NCBI GenBank assembly: GCA_031426555.1
Contig: JANPLN010000042.1
Location: 1 to 64,000, forward strand
Length of the DNA stretch: 64,000 nt
Origin: Bdellovibrionales bacterium
GTDB taxonomy: Bacteria; Bdellovibrionota; Bdellovibrionia; Bdellovibrionales; JAGQZY01
Direction of reading: 5' to 3'
Both the position numbers and the translations under genes were made by a program. Below, one piece after another: positions 1 through 9,490 of this stretch. The number at the start of each line of letters is the position of its first letter. Within the stretch, counting starts at the first letter, position 1. The notes beneath the pieces are model-generated. The model did no database searches. It saw only the letters and a list, made by a program, of their open reading frames with translations, and had not been told where the DNA came from.

Positions 1-161
1 GCGTAGGTGCCGCCCATTTCCATTCCTGCTTTTAAGTGGATATCAAAGAAAAATTTGAAGTAGGCAAAAAACAGAAGGAACACGATGGCGATGGGTATTA
101 TGGCCTCGTAGCGGATAATTCCCTTTTTTTTCTTTTTTTTAATTTTTACTTCTTTACTCAT
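1..161 (-). CDS. TIGR03545-family protein, N-terminal part (runs off window start)
   Basis: Manual translation MSKEVKIKKKKKKGIIRYEAIIPIAIVFLLFFAYFKFFFDIHLKAGMEMGGTY; ATG overlaps the TGA of the upstream TIGR03546-like gene (ATGA); the two families normally occur as a pair. Confidence 0.7.
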   Translation of the reverse strand, partial: MSKEVKIKKKKKKGIIRYEAIIPIAIVFLLFFAYFKFFFDIHLKAGMEMGGTY

Positions 162-691
162 TCGACACCTCCGTACAAGTTGTCGTAACTGACGTACCAT
201 TTATAAAATGTTGTGGCCTTAAAGAACTTCCAAGCTTTGGTTTCCTTGACCCGGGCGACAACGGTGGTTCGATATTTACTGACGGCAATTTTTGACCCGT
301 AAAAGACAAACGGAATGAGAGCAATGGAGACCACTCCGGAGCCCATGACGATGCTGTTGTAAAAACGGGTCCACGGCACAACAGGCATGTTGTAAAGAGT
401 AGTGAATAGTGGTTCCAAAGAACCCAAGGTGAGAACCGCGGCACCCACTGAGTGAAAAACTGGATCGAGAAAAAACGCGAGGAACTTAAAGAAAAAAGCC
501 GCTAAAAAAGCAGCGCCAATTTGGATCCGAAAAATAAACAGCAGAAAAAACACCAGTACACTTTGCAGCGAAAAAGCCGGTGTCATCCCGAGCACAAAGC
601 CCAAGGAGATGCCCCAGGCAACAGGGGTGGTTTCGTTTTCGGAATGAAGAAGTTTTACAAGCTCGAAAAGCTGTTTTAACAAAACGGTCAT
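158..691 (-). CDS. TIGR03546-family membrane protein (DUF2062-like)
   Basis: MTVLLKQLFELVKLLHSE...LGFVLGMTP...LYNMPVVPWTRFYNSIVMGS; AAAAGGA SD before ATG 691. Confidence 0.75.
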   Translation of the reverse strand: MTVLLKQLFELVKLLHSENETTPVAWGISLGFVLGMTPAFSLQSVLVFFLLFIFRIQIGAAFLAAFFFKFLAFFLDPVFHSVGAAVLTLGSLEPLFTTLYNMPVVPWTRFYNSIVMGSGVVSIALIPFVFYGSKIAVSKYRTTVVARVKETKAWKFFKATTFYKWYVSYDNLYGGVE

Positions 692-880
692 AGGCATCCT
701 TTTTGGTTTTGAGAAATGATACCAGGGTTTTTGAGCAGAGAGCAACCGGTGCATTGTTTGCAGTGGCAAACAGGGCGCGAGGCGTCTGAGAATCTAGCTT
801 GTGAGCACAGGCTTTCATCAGATATAAATAGCCCTAAGAAGATTGTATTAGATTCGCCGCAAATTTTCTGAGGAGAAGTT

Positions 881-1978
881 ATGTCCATTCCGTATCTCGA
901 TTTGGCCGTTCAGTACAAAAAGATTCAGGCTCAGATAGAACCCAAGGTTTTACAAATATTAGCTAGTGGGCAATATGTTTTAGGCCCCGAAGTTGTCGCC
1001 TGCGAAACAGAATTGGCCCAGTTCACCGGAGCCACGTTTGCGTCTGCTGTTTCAAACGGCACAGTGGCCCTTTTGAATGCTCTGCTGGCCATCGGTGTGA
1101 AACCAGGTGACGATGTTGTCACCACCGGGTTTTCGTTTTTTGCTACGGCCGGAGTGATCTCCCTTCTAGGAGCCAATCCGGTGTTCGTCGACATCGAAGC
1201 CGACACTTACAATATCAACGTGGATTTGCTCGAAAAAGCGATCACACCTAAAACCAAAGCCATTATGCCGGTTTCTCTTTATGGACAGATTTCCGATATG
1301 GACGAAATCATGAGCATTGCACAAAAACACGGCCTGTTTGTGATCGAAGATGCAGCGCAAAGTTTTGGCGCTCTCTATAAAGGAAAACGAAGCTGTGCTG
1401 TAAGCCATATTGGTTGCACAAGTTTCTTCCCAGCAAAACCATTGGGTTGCGCGGGCGACGGGGGCGCGGTATTTACTTCTGATCCCGAGCTCGCAAAAAA
1501 ATTGGATTGGATTCGCGTGCACGGGCAGACAAAACGCTACCATCACGAATACATCGGCTTTAACGGCAGACTGGATCCCATTCAGTGTGCCGTGGTCCGC
1601 GAAAAGCTTAAATTTTATGATCAAGATTTAGCGGAGCGCCGTGAGATTGGCCAAGCCTACAGCGACGCTTTTGCAGGCTTAAAAGGTGTGAGCATTCCTG
1701 TTGTTCGAGCGGATCGCAACACGGTGTTCGCACAGTACACCTTGGCCGTGGCAGAGCGCGAAAGCTTTATTAAAAAGCTTGAGCAATCGGGTGTGCCGAC
1801 GTCGATTCACTATCCTGCGGGAATGCACGAACAGCCGGTGTATAAACATTTACAAAAAGTATCTTTGCCAGTGACTGAAAAGTTGTCGAAACAAGTATTC
1901 AGTCTTCCGCTTTATCCCGGAATGCCAAAAGCCCATGTGAAAACTGTGATTGAGGCTGTTCAGAAGGCTGCTCAATAA
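881..1978 (+). CDS. DegT/DnrJ/EryC1/StrS PLP-dependent sugar aminotransferase (WbpE/GnnB-like)
   Basis: IEDAAQSFGA, SFFPAKPLGCAGDGGA (PLP Lys), GFNGRLD; GAGGAG SD. Confidence 0.9.
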   Translation: MSIPYLDLAVQYKKIQAQIEPKVLQILASGQYVLGPEVVACETELAQFTGATFASAVSNGTVALLNALLAIGVKPGDDVVTTGFSFFATAGVISLLGANPVFVDIEADTYNINVDLLEKAITPKTKAIMPVSLYGQISDMDEIMSIAQKHGLFVIEDAAQSFGALYKGKRSCAVSHIGCTSFFPAKPLGCAGDGGAVFTSDPELAKKLDWIRVHGQTKRYHHEYIGFNGRLDPIQCAVVREKLKFYDQDLAERREIGQAYSDAFAGLKGVSIPVVRADRNTVFAQYTLAVAERESFIKKLEQSGVPTSIHYPAGMHEQPVYKHLQKVSLPVTEKLSKQVFSLPLYPGMPKAHVKTVIEAVQKAAQ

Positions 1979-2998
1979 ATGTATGTGATTGCCTTTGCAG
2001 CATCGCTGAGTTTTGTCTTGTCGCTCCTATTGACGATTTATTATCGTCGAGTGGCCATGAGGTACGGCATTATGGACGTGCCCAACGAACGCAGTTCCCA
2101 CAAGATGCCCATTCCGCGGGGCTCGGGGATCACCTTTTTTTTGAGTTTCAACCTGGTCCTTGCCGTGTTGGTGCAGCAGGGAATTTTAACTCTCAAATAC
2201 ACGTTTCCAGTTTTTCTTGGCGGCCCGGTTATTATGCTTCTTGGTTATTGGGATGATATAAGTTCCATTCCCGCAGGCGTGCGCTTGTCTGTTCACATGT
2301 TGGTGTCATTTTTCGTTTTTATTTTAATTTCTTCGGGCTTTTCGAAAGATATTACAATTTCCTTTCTGCCAGAATGGCCATGGCTAACAACGGCATTTTG
2401 TATTCTGTTTATTGCATGGTTTATTAATCTCTACAATTTTATGGATGGCTGTGATGGCCTTGCAACCAGTGTGGGGATGGTGGGGTCGGGATTGATATCA
2501 TTGCTGTCGTACATCTCCGGACACCAAGATTTGGCTGTAACCTATCTTATTTTGGCCTACGCCTTGGCGGGTTTTTTAGTTTTTAATTGGCATCCGGCGA
2601 AGGTTTTTATGGGCGACGCGGGCGCGTATTTTTTGGGTTACGTTTTTGGTGCCCTGGCTCTAGTATCTAAAATGTATTACGACAGTTCGCTATATATTCA
2701 TCTTATTATTTTTGGTTTGATGATCGTGGATGCGACGTGGACCCTGTTTCGGCGAGCCACTCGAAGAGAGCGAATTTTTAATGCCCATCGCCAGCATGGC
2801 TTTCAAAAATTAATGCAAAAGGGCTGGGGACATGCTCGCGTGACGTCGCTGTACGTTCTTATCACGGTTTTATGGCTGTTTCCCATGGCCGCTTTTTGCA
2901 TAACCTATCCTACAAAGAGTTTCGTATTTTTAGTGGCAGCCTACGTGCCGGTGTTCGGTTTTATTTTATATCTGAAAGCGGGCGAGGCCGACGCATGA
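1979..2998 (+). CDS. MraY/WecA-like undecaprenyl-phosphate N-acetylhexosamine-1-phosphate transferase (WbpL/WbcO-like)
   Basis: DVPNERSSH...PRGSG, GYWDD, NLYNFMDGCDG, FNWHPAKVFMGDAG, AHRQH; many TM segments. Confidence 0.9.
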   Translation: MYVIAFAASLSFVLSLLLTIYYRRVAMRYGIMDVPNERSSHKMPIPRGSGITFFLSFNLVLAVLVQQGILTLKYTFPVFLGGPVIMLLGYWDDISSIPAGVRLSVHMLVSFFVFILISSGFSKDITISFLPEWPWLTTAFCILFIAWFINLYNFMDGCDGLATSVGMVGSGLISLLSYISGHQDLAVTYLILAYALAGFLVFNWHPAKVFMGDAGAYFLGYVFGALALVSKMYYDSSLYIHLIIFGLMIVDATWTLFRRATRRERIFNAHRQHGFQKLMQKGWGHARVTSLYVLITVLWLFPMAAFCITYPTKSFVFLVAAYVPVFGFILYLKAGEADA

Positions 2999-3921
2999 CC
3001 CTTGGTTACACAATTGATAAAACAGTGACCGAGGTTTTAAAAGCAAAAGCCTTTACGGTTTCGGCCGAAGTTGTTCCACCTCGAAACGGCGAGGATCAAA
3101 CTCAGACGTTTAGCAAACTCAAAAAAATTATTGATTCGGGTGTTGATTTTTTGTCGGTGACTAAGGGCGCCGGTGGGAGTTTGCGCGGGGGAAGTTTGCC
3201 CATCGCCCAAGCCATCAAGGAAAAGTTAAATCGACCGTGCATTGCCCACTTTACCTGTCGTGATTTGGTGCCAGAGGAAGTTGAGAATCAGCTGATGGAT
3301 CACCACTACTTTGGCATTCGCAATATTTTAGCGTTGCGCGGGGATCCGCCCATGGGGCAAACCGATTGGAAGCCCCGCGAGGGCGGTTATTCCTATGCCT
3401 ACGAGCTCGTCGATCATGTGGTAAAAATGAATCGCGGTGAGTTTTTAAAGCGTAAAGATTTTAATGTGGAATCCCGCGAACGAACGCAGTTTTGCGTTGG
3501 CGTGGCGGCTTATCCCGAGCATCAGGACGCCACAGAACGGCGCGAATACACTCGCGTGAAGTTTGCCGCAGGTGCAGAGTACGGCATTACGCAAATGCTC
3601 TTTGATCCCGACAAATATGAACGCTTTATAAATGAAGTCCGCTCCATGGGCTTTGCGCAGCCAGTGTTACCTGGTTTAAGGATTTTGAAGTCGAAAAAGC
3701 AAGCCAAAGTCATGGAGCAACGCTTTCAATGCTCAGTGCCTGCTTGGTACCTCAATCAATTGCCTGACGAGGGGCAAGAAGCTTCGGTGGATAACCTTTT
3801 GCAGCCCTTCTTTCGGCTGGTTGAGTCTTTAAAAACGACGGGCGCCCACGGCGTGCATCTGTTTGTCCTTGCCGACACAGACATAAATTGTGAAGCTATT
3901 TCTAGGCTCTGTAGTAAGTAG
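2995..3921 (+). CDS. metF: Methylenetetrahydrofolate reductase
   Basis: EVVPPR, SVTKGAGGS, AHFTCRD, NILALRGDPP, GVAAYPE, ITQMLFD; ATGA overlap with upstream gene. Confidence 0.85.
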   Translation: MTLGYTIDKTVTEVLKAKAFTVSAEVVPPRNGEDQTQTFSKLKKIIDSGVDFLSVTKGAGGSLRGGSLPIAQAIKEKLNRPCIAHFTCRDLVPEEVENQLMDHHYFGIRNILALRGDPPMGQTDWKPREGGYSYAYELVDHVVKMNRGEFLKRKDFNVESRERTQFCVGVAAYPEHQDATERREYTRVKFAAGAEYGITQMLFDPDKYERFINEVRSMGFAQPVLPGLRILKSKKQAKVMEQRFQCSVPAWYLNQLPDEGQEASVDNLLQPFFRLVESLKTTGAHGVHLFVLADTDINCEAISRLCSK

Positions 3922-3960
3922 GGCGCGGGCCCCTCGGGCCGCTTTTCAACAGGAGAAATA

Positions 3961-5355
3961 ATGATTCCAGTGATTCTTTCGGGCGGCTCGGGCAGTCGGC
4001 TGTGGCCCATTTCGCGTTCGTCATATCCCAAACAATTTTGTGATATTTTTGATGAACCATTGCTGGAAAAAACTCTCAAGCGTTTAATGGGTCTTGGGGC
4101 ACCCTACGTGATCACTGTGGAATCTTTGCGTGTACTTACCGATAAATGCGTGACCGATTTAGGAATGAAAAGCGAGCAAGTGATTTATGAGCCGCTGGTC
4201 AAAAACACCGCGCCGGCCATTGCTTTGATTTGCCAAAAAATGCTCTTAGAAAATAAAGAAAACGAGATTTTGGGAGTTTTCCCAGCCGATCATTTAATCA
4301 GCGACGAAGCTGAATTTAAAAAAGTTATTGAATTTGCCAAACGCTGCGCCGAAAAAAATCAAATTGTGACTGTGGGCATACAGCCTGACTATCCCGCAAC
4401 TGGCTTCGGCTACATTGAATGCACCGAAACAGAGTTTCAAAAAGAAGGGTCGCTGACGGCCAAGCAGGTCAAAGGGTTTCGTGAAAAGCCCAATTTAGCC
4501 ACTGCCGAAAAATTTTTGAGCGAGAAGAGATATTATTGGAATGCCGGGATGTTTATTTTTAAAGTTTCCACCATGGTGAAGGAACTGCAAACTCACATGC
4601 CCGATCTGTGGAAAACGGTTTCCACTTTAAAAGGCGATCTTTCCAATCTCCAAGATGTATACGAACAAGTACCTTCTATCAGTATCGATTATGGCATTAT
4701 GGAAAAAGCCACAAACCAGGTTTGCATTCCTTGCAGTATCGGTTGGAGCGATTTGGGATCTTGGGATGATTTTGCTAAACTTTTTAAAAGCCAGCCGCAC
4801 TTTGGTGCCGCAGCCTCTGATGTCCATGAAGTTCAAAGCAAAAACAATTTTGTTTTTGCCCTCAAACAAAAGCTTGTAGGCTTAGTGGGAGTGGAGGATT
4901 TAATTATCATCGATACACCGGATGCTTTGTTGATTTCAAAAAAAGGCTCTACTCAGGAAATTAAAACCCTCGTTGAGGATTTGAATAAAAAGAAAAGTAA
5001 AAAAACCTCGGAACACTCCTTTGATTTTCGGCCATGGGGACAATACGAAGTGCTTTCGGACACTTCTGATTTCAAAATCAAGGTGATCAAAGTGAATCCC
5101 GGTGCGCAGTTGTCCTACCAGTCCCACGAACATCGCAGTGAACATTGGGTGGTGATCGAGGGCGAAGGGGATGTGATCATTAACGAACAGGCGCTGAGCG
5201 TCCTTCCTGGAAGCTCCATCGTGATTCCCGAAAACTCTAAACATCGAATAAAAAATACAGGAACCAAAGTCCTGCGCTTTGTGGAAGTGCAAACTGGGGA
5301 TTATTTTGGCGAGGACGATATCAAGCGCTACCAGGACGATTACAAACGGGTTTAG
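3961..5355 (+). CDS. manC: Mannose-1-phosphate guanylyltransferase / mannose-6-phosphate isomerase
   Basis: ILSGGSGSRLWPISR..PKQF, NTAPAI, PADH, WNAGMF, SIDYGIME, WSDLGSW, C-terminal cupin RPWG..LSYQSHEHRSEHW. Confidence 0.93.
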   Translation: MIPVILSGGSGSRLWPISRSSYPKQFCDIFDEPLLEKTLKRLMGLGAPYVITVESLRVLTDKCVTDLGMKSEQVIYEPLVKNTAPAIALICQKMLLENKENEILGVFPADHLISDEAEFKKVIEFAKRCAEKNQIVTVGIQPDYPATGFGYIECTETEFQKEGSLTAKQVKGFREKPNLATAEKFLSEKRYYWNAGMFIFKVSTMVKELQTHMPDLWKTVSTLKGDLSNLQDVYEQVPSISIDYGIMEKATNQVCIPCSIGWSDLGSWDDFAKLFKSQPHFGAAASDVHEVQSKNNFVFALKQKLVGLVGVEDLIIIDTPDALLISKKGSTQEIKTLVEDLNKKKSKKTSEHSFDFRPWGQYEVLSDTSDFKIKVIKVNPGAQLSYQSHEHRSEHWVVIEGEGDVIINEQALSVLPGSSIVIPENSKHRIKNTGTKVLRFVEVQTGDYFGEDDIKRYQDDYKRV

Positions 5356-5444
5356 GCCCATACGAAGCTAGATAAGACCGACGTAGCCCTATTTCAGCAG
5401 CGATTAATTGAAGACAAGCCCGTTGATTTTCGCTATAAAAAAGT

Positions 5445-7280
5445 ATGTTCAAAAATGTGCTGAAGCTGATGCAATTTATCCGCCCTTTTAAGGGCGAAGT
5501 GATCTTCGTTTTTATTTCTGGATTTGTTTTAGGCATCGTCTCCTCATTTCCAACGGTATTGATTGGAATTATCACGAATTCACTTCAGAAAAAAAGCCTT
5601 GTAACCAAATTGCCGGTGAGTGTTTTGAATTTTCTCGAAAACCAGTTCGGTCGTGAATTAATTACGAGGTTGACAGTCGACTACTATTTTCAGTTGCTGA
5701 TTGGAGCCATCGGCTTCCCTGTGGTTTTTCTGATTTTGGGTAGTGTTCGATACATTAATCAGTATCGTGCCCGCTTTTTAGCGGAGAAAATCAGCAACGA
5801 AATGCGATTTGAGTTATTGAACCGCCTCGTAACATTAAACCATCAATTTTTTCTCAATCTACACGCGGGTTCAGGAAGTCTTCTAAGCCGCACGCTGAAC
5901 GATACGTTGGTTATCCAGCAGGGGCTGAACCTTTACACGGATTTGATTCGTGAGCCATTTATTGCAATTATTAGCTTAGCCCTCATGTTGTGGGTTGATT
6001 GGAAGTTGACGGCAATTTGCTTAGTTTTTGCGCCCCTTGTAGTTTTTGTTACTCAAAGCGTGAGTCGTCGACTGCGAAAGCTTTCTGGAGAGAGCCAAGA
6101 AAATTTGGATATGCTCACTAAAATTTTTAAAGAGTCCATCGATGGGATGCGCGTGATTCATGCTTACAATCTCGAGGATTACGTTCGTGTCCGGTTTCGC
6201 CACAAAGTAAACCAGTACAACAGCGTTCGTAAAAAGGTTTCGAAGCGCATGGAGGTGTCGAGCCCCATAAACGAATTTTTGGTATCATTTGTTGTGTGTG
6301 GAATCTGCTTGTATGTGGGCAGAAAGATTCTAAGGGATGAATCTGATCTATCCTCATTTCTTATGTTTCTAGCGTTGGCGGCGAATCTCATAAAACCCAT
6401 TAAAAAAATTGAGCAAGCGATCGTTGGAATTCAGCAAACCGAAGTGAGTATTCAACGAGTGATGCAAATTATCGATAGCCAGGACGTGATCACCGAAAGA
6501 CCAAGCCATCTCCTCAAAGACTTTCCATCGAATTGGAGCACCATCGAGTTTAAAAATGTAGCCTTTAATTACGGCGAAAAACGAATTTTACAAGATATAA
6601 ACCTCACTATTCGCCGCGGCCAAACCATCGCTCTCGTCGGTGAAAGTGGAGGTGGAAAATCCACCATGGTGAATTTGTTGGAAAGATTCTTTGATCCCAC
6701 CGAAGGTGCGATACTCATTGACGGTGTGGATATTCGCGAGTTTTCTTTGAAGCGATTGAGAGATGAAATCGCCTACGTCTCGCAAGACACCTTTATTTTC
6801 GACGAAACCATCGAAGAAAACATTCGCTTCAGCAATCAGACAAAGTCCCACGAAAAATTAGTGGAGGCCGCACAAAAAGCCAACGCGCTGCCATTTATTC
6901 AAGATAAACCCGAGAGCTTCAACGCCCGCACCGGCGAGCGCGGAGCCCAACTTTCCGGCGGCCAAAAGCAGCGCCTTAGCATCGCCCGCGCCCTGTTCAA
7001 AGACACCCCAATTCTGATCTTAGATGAAGCCACCAGCGCCTTAGACTCGGCGAGCGAAGCCGAAGTTCAAAAAGGGATCTCTTCACTCCTCATGAACAGA
7101 ACATCCTTCGTGGTGGCTCACAGGCTGTCGACAATACAATCCGCAGATATCATCGTCGTCCTCGAAAAGGGAAAAATCGTCGAAATGGGCAAACACAGCG
7201 ATCTCATAAAAATCGATAACCACTACGCCCGCTACTACAAACTCCAAGAAATCTCCAGCCAAGCCCAACAGCCGAGTTAA
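5445..7280 (+). CDS. msbA: MsbA-like ABC exporter (TMD+NBD), probable lipid A-core flippase
   Basis: N-terminal TM domain; GESGGGKS, LSGGQKQR, LILDEATSALD, AHRLSTI; LPS context. Confidence 0.75.
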   Translation: MFKNVLKLMQFIRPFKGEVIFVFISGFVLGIVSSFPTVLIGIITNSLQKKSLVTKLPVSVLNFLENQFGRELITRLTVDYYFQLLIGAIGFPVVFLILGSVRYINQYRARFLAEKISNEMRFELLNRLVTLNHQFFLNLHAGSGSLLSRTLNDTLVIQQGLNLYTDLIREPFIAIISLALMLWVDWKLTAICLVFAPLVVFVTQSVSRRLRKLSGESQENLDMLTKIFKESIDGMRVIHAYNLEDYVRVRFRHKVNQYNSVRKKVSKRMEVSSPINEFLVSFVVCGICLYVGRKILRDESDLSSFLMFLALAANLIKPIKKIEQAIVGIQQTEVSIQRVMQIIDSQDVITERPSHLLKDFPSNWSTIEFKNVAFNYGEKRILQDINLTIRRGQTIALVGESGGGKSTMVNLLERFFDPTEGAILIDGVDIREFSLKRLRDEIAYVSQDTFIFDETIEENIRFSNQTKSHEKLVEAAQKANALPFIQDKPESFNARTGERGAQLSGGQKQRLSIARALFKDTPILILDEATSALDSASEAEVQKGISSLLMNRTSFVVAHRLSTIQSADIIVVLEKGKIVEMGKHSDLIKIDNHYARYYKLQEISSQAQQPS

Positions 7281-7297
7281 TGGTTTGTTAGAGTATT

Positions 7298-7510
7298 TGA
7301 AAAACTTCTGATTCTTTTTTAAATTTTGTTTCCTCAAATTCTTTAGATATGTGTTTTACGAACTCACGTGCGAACGGGGCGTATCCGTGGGGCGGCATGT
7401 ACTCATGACGAGCCCACGAAGACGACCCGTGTCCGCGAGTGCTGTGAGATAAAACATATATCTAAAGAATTTGAGGAAACAAAATTTAAAAAAGAATCAG
7501 AAGTTTTTCA
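7298..7510. repeat. 213-nt palindromic element: 61-bp inverted arms (7298-7358 / 7450-7510, 1 mismatch) around a GC-rich, partly self-complementary core
   Basis: Left arm TGAAAAACTTCTGATTCTTTTTTAAATTTTGTTTCCTCAAATTCTTTAGATATGTGTTTTA matches the reverse complement of 7450-7510 at 60 of 61 positions; lies between convergent genes. Confidence 0.95.
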
Positions 7511-8489
7511 GTTGCCGAACATGTTGCAACACCCTCTGTGCGCGAACAATGTCGGTGTGGAACTGCTTCAAGTGGTTTTGCCCTGCTTGGGCGATGGTTT
7601 CGCGTTCGGTTTCATTTTTTAAATAGTAGTGGCACAGGTCCACAAGATCTGAGAGATCGTCTTTGCAATGAATCACGTGTTGGCCGTGGATCAAGTCGTT
7701 GGGGATTTGGATTCCTGGTTTTTGCGTGATCATCAGGCTTCCCATGGCGGGGACTTCCCAGTAGCGCATGGTGTCCCAGCCGCCGCCGCGGAGATTTAAG
7801 ACGATTTTGCAGCGGGCGAGTTCTTCAAGGTAGAAAAGTCCTTTTCGTTTGTAATAATGAAAACGTTGATTTTGAACGGTTCCGTTTTTTGCGCAATCGA
7901 ATTCTGTTTCGAGAAGTTGCAGTGCTTTTGTGCGAATAGGGTGGCTTTCCACGGCCCAGAAGCTGACGTCGTATTTTTTTTCTGTTGGTATCTGCTTTGG
8001 CAAGCGATCGAGGTTCATGCAAAAAGGAAGCGGTACCAGGCGAGAGTCTTTTGCATATTCCGGCAGGAATTCGCGTTTGAAGATCAGATCAAAACGCCGC
8101 TTTTGTTCGATGTTTGGCAAAATGTGGGGCGATTTGTAATAGACCAGATCGCCGCCGACGGCGGTTTGGTCGCCACCGTCGATGAGAACGACCGGTGTTT
8201 TTTGCGGGATAAGATGTAAAATGGAGTGATAGCTTTCGAGGGTTTTATTTTTACACGAGCCCACAACCACCAGATCCCAGTCTTTTCCTAAGGGTTGGAC
8301 CCAGCGTTTCAGGCTTTGCCAACGGCGATTCAGCCCCAGATTTCGCGGGTATTTCTTATTTACAAAATGGTAGCGCAGATTCATGGGAAAGTCGTAAACC
8401 TGATCGGCGCCGCAGACTTTGACCAGCCCCGAGTAGAGCAGATCTTGCATATAGTCGCATTCTGGAGAGTTTATATATAAGACTTTCAT
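7497..8489 (-). CDS. Glycosyltransferase, GT-B fold (Glyco_trans_1_2 / CgeB-like C-terminus)
   Basis: KIVLNLRGGGWDTMRYWE, HGQHVI, ETERETIAQAGQ...HT. Confidence 0.75.
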   Translation of the reverse strand: MKVLYINSPECDYMQDLLYSGLVKVCGADQVYDFPMNLRYHFVNKKYPRNLGLNRRWQSLKRWVQPLGKDWDLVVVGSCKNKTLESYHSILHLIPQKTPVVLIDGGDQTAVGGDLVYYKSPHILPNIEQKRRFDLIFKREFLPEYAKDSRLVPLPFCMNLDRLPKQIPTEKKYDVSFWAVESHPIRTKALQLLETEFDCAKNGTVQNQRFHYYKRKGLFYLEELARCKIVLNLRGGGWDTMRYWEVPAMGSLMITQKPGIQIPNDLIHGQHVIHCKDDLSDLVDLCHYYLKNETERETIAQAGQNHLKQFHTDIVRAQRVLQHVRQLKNF

Positions 8490-8587
8490 GGAGGCCTTCG
8501 GTTATAGGATGAGATGTGGCCCATGGCAACATGCGCTGTGCTTGGTGGTTGCTATCCACCTCCTATTTTCGTAGAAAAACGCAGGCC

Positions 8588-9490
8588 ATGGATATACTCG
8601 ATTACGAAATTTACACGAATAAAAATGAGCATTTAGCGGCTCACCCTCACTTTGATCCCAAGGTGTCCATCGTCGTTGCTTTTTACAACAGTCAGCGCTT
8701 TTTCGACCTTCAAATGACCAGCCTTGAAAGCCAAACGTATAAAAATTTCGAAGTGATCATTTGCGATGATGGTTCGCGCCCCGAGGTGGTGGCCCATGTG
8801 CAAAGATACATGAAGAGCGCTCGGCTATTGATGCATCATCTCTGGCACAAAGACGATGGCTGGCGAAAAGTGGAGATGCTGAACAAAGCCATCGTCAATT
8901 GCCAAACAGATTATCTGATTATGGTGGATCAAGACTGTGTGCTTCATCCGGAATTTGTGCGTGAACATATGGAGGCCAAGGCTCCCAATGTGGCGCTCGC
9001 GGGCCGACGTGTGGAACTGACGCCGTGGCTGTCCAGCTTGGTGACGGTGGAGCGTGCGCGTGGTGGATTTTTACAAACGCAGTACTGGTGGATGATGTTC
9101 TTTTTAATGTTCAAACGGAATTCCCAGTGGCGCCGAGCTATTTACATCAAAAACAAATTTTTGCGACGGCTTTTAAATCAGAAAACTCGCAGCATCCTGG
9201 GCTGCAATGTTTCTTACAACAAGTCAGACCTCCTTCGAATCAATGGAATTGATATGAGTTTTAAAGAGTCTTGCGGTGCCGAGGACTCGGACATCGACAC
9301 GCGCTTGCGAAATGCAGGGGTTGAAATCCGCTCGCTCTGCAATACGGCCGTGCAGTACCATCTTTATCATCCCATCCGAAAGTTCGATGGAGAGCTTCCC
9401 GAAATTTTTGCCGGTCACATTCGCGAGCGAACGGTGAAAACTGCAAAGGGATTAAATTTGATTCAAGCTACCGACTGGAAAAACCTATGA
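8588..9490 (+). CDS. Glycosyltransferase family 2
   Basis: VSIVVAFYN, EVIICDDGS, LNKAI, DQD, GCNVS, AEDSD. Confidence 0.88.
   Translation: MDILDYEIYTNKNEHLAAHPHFDPKVSIVVAFYNSQRFFDLQMTSLESQTYKNFEVIICDDGSRPEVVAHVQRYMKSARLLMHHLWHKDDGWRKVEMLNKAIVNCQTDYLIMVDQDCVLHPEFVREHMEAKAPNVALAGRRVELTPWLSSLVTVERARGGFLQTQYWWMMFFLMFKRNSQWRRAIYIKNKFLRRLLNQKTRSILGCNVSYNKSDLLRINGIDMSFKESCGAEDSDIDTRLRNAGVEIRSLCNTAVQYHLYHPIRKFDGELPEIFAGHIRERTVKTAKGLNLIQATDWKNL

Noticed and set aside
3921..3945. Small GC hairpin between metF and manC as a terminator
   Set aside because: Short imperfect stem with only four Ts inside a 39-bp co-directional gap; cannot be supported.
7298..7510. 6S RNA, SRP RNA or an autonomous IS
   Set aside because: A near-perfect 61-bp AT-rich stem does not fit 6S or SRP folds, and there is no transposase. 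The small ORFs 7368..7622 and 7083..7337 are by-products.
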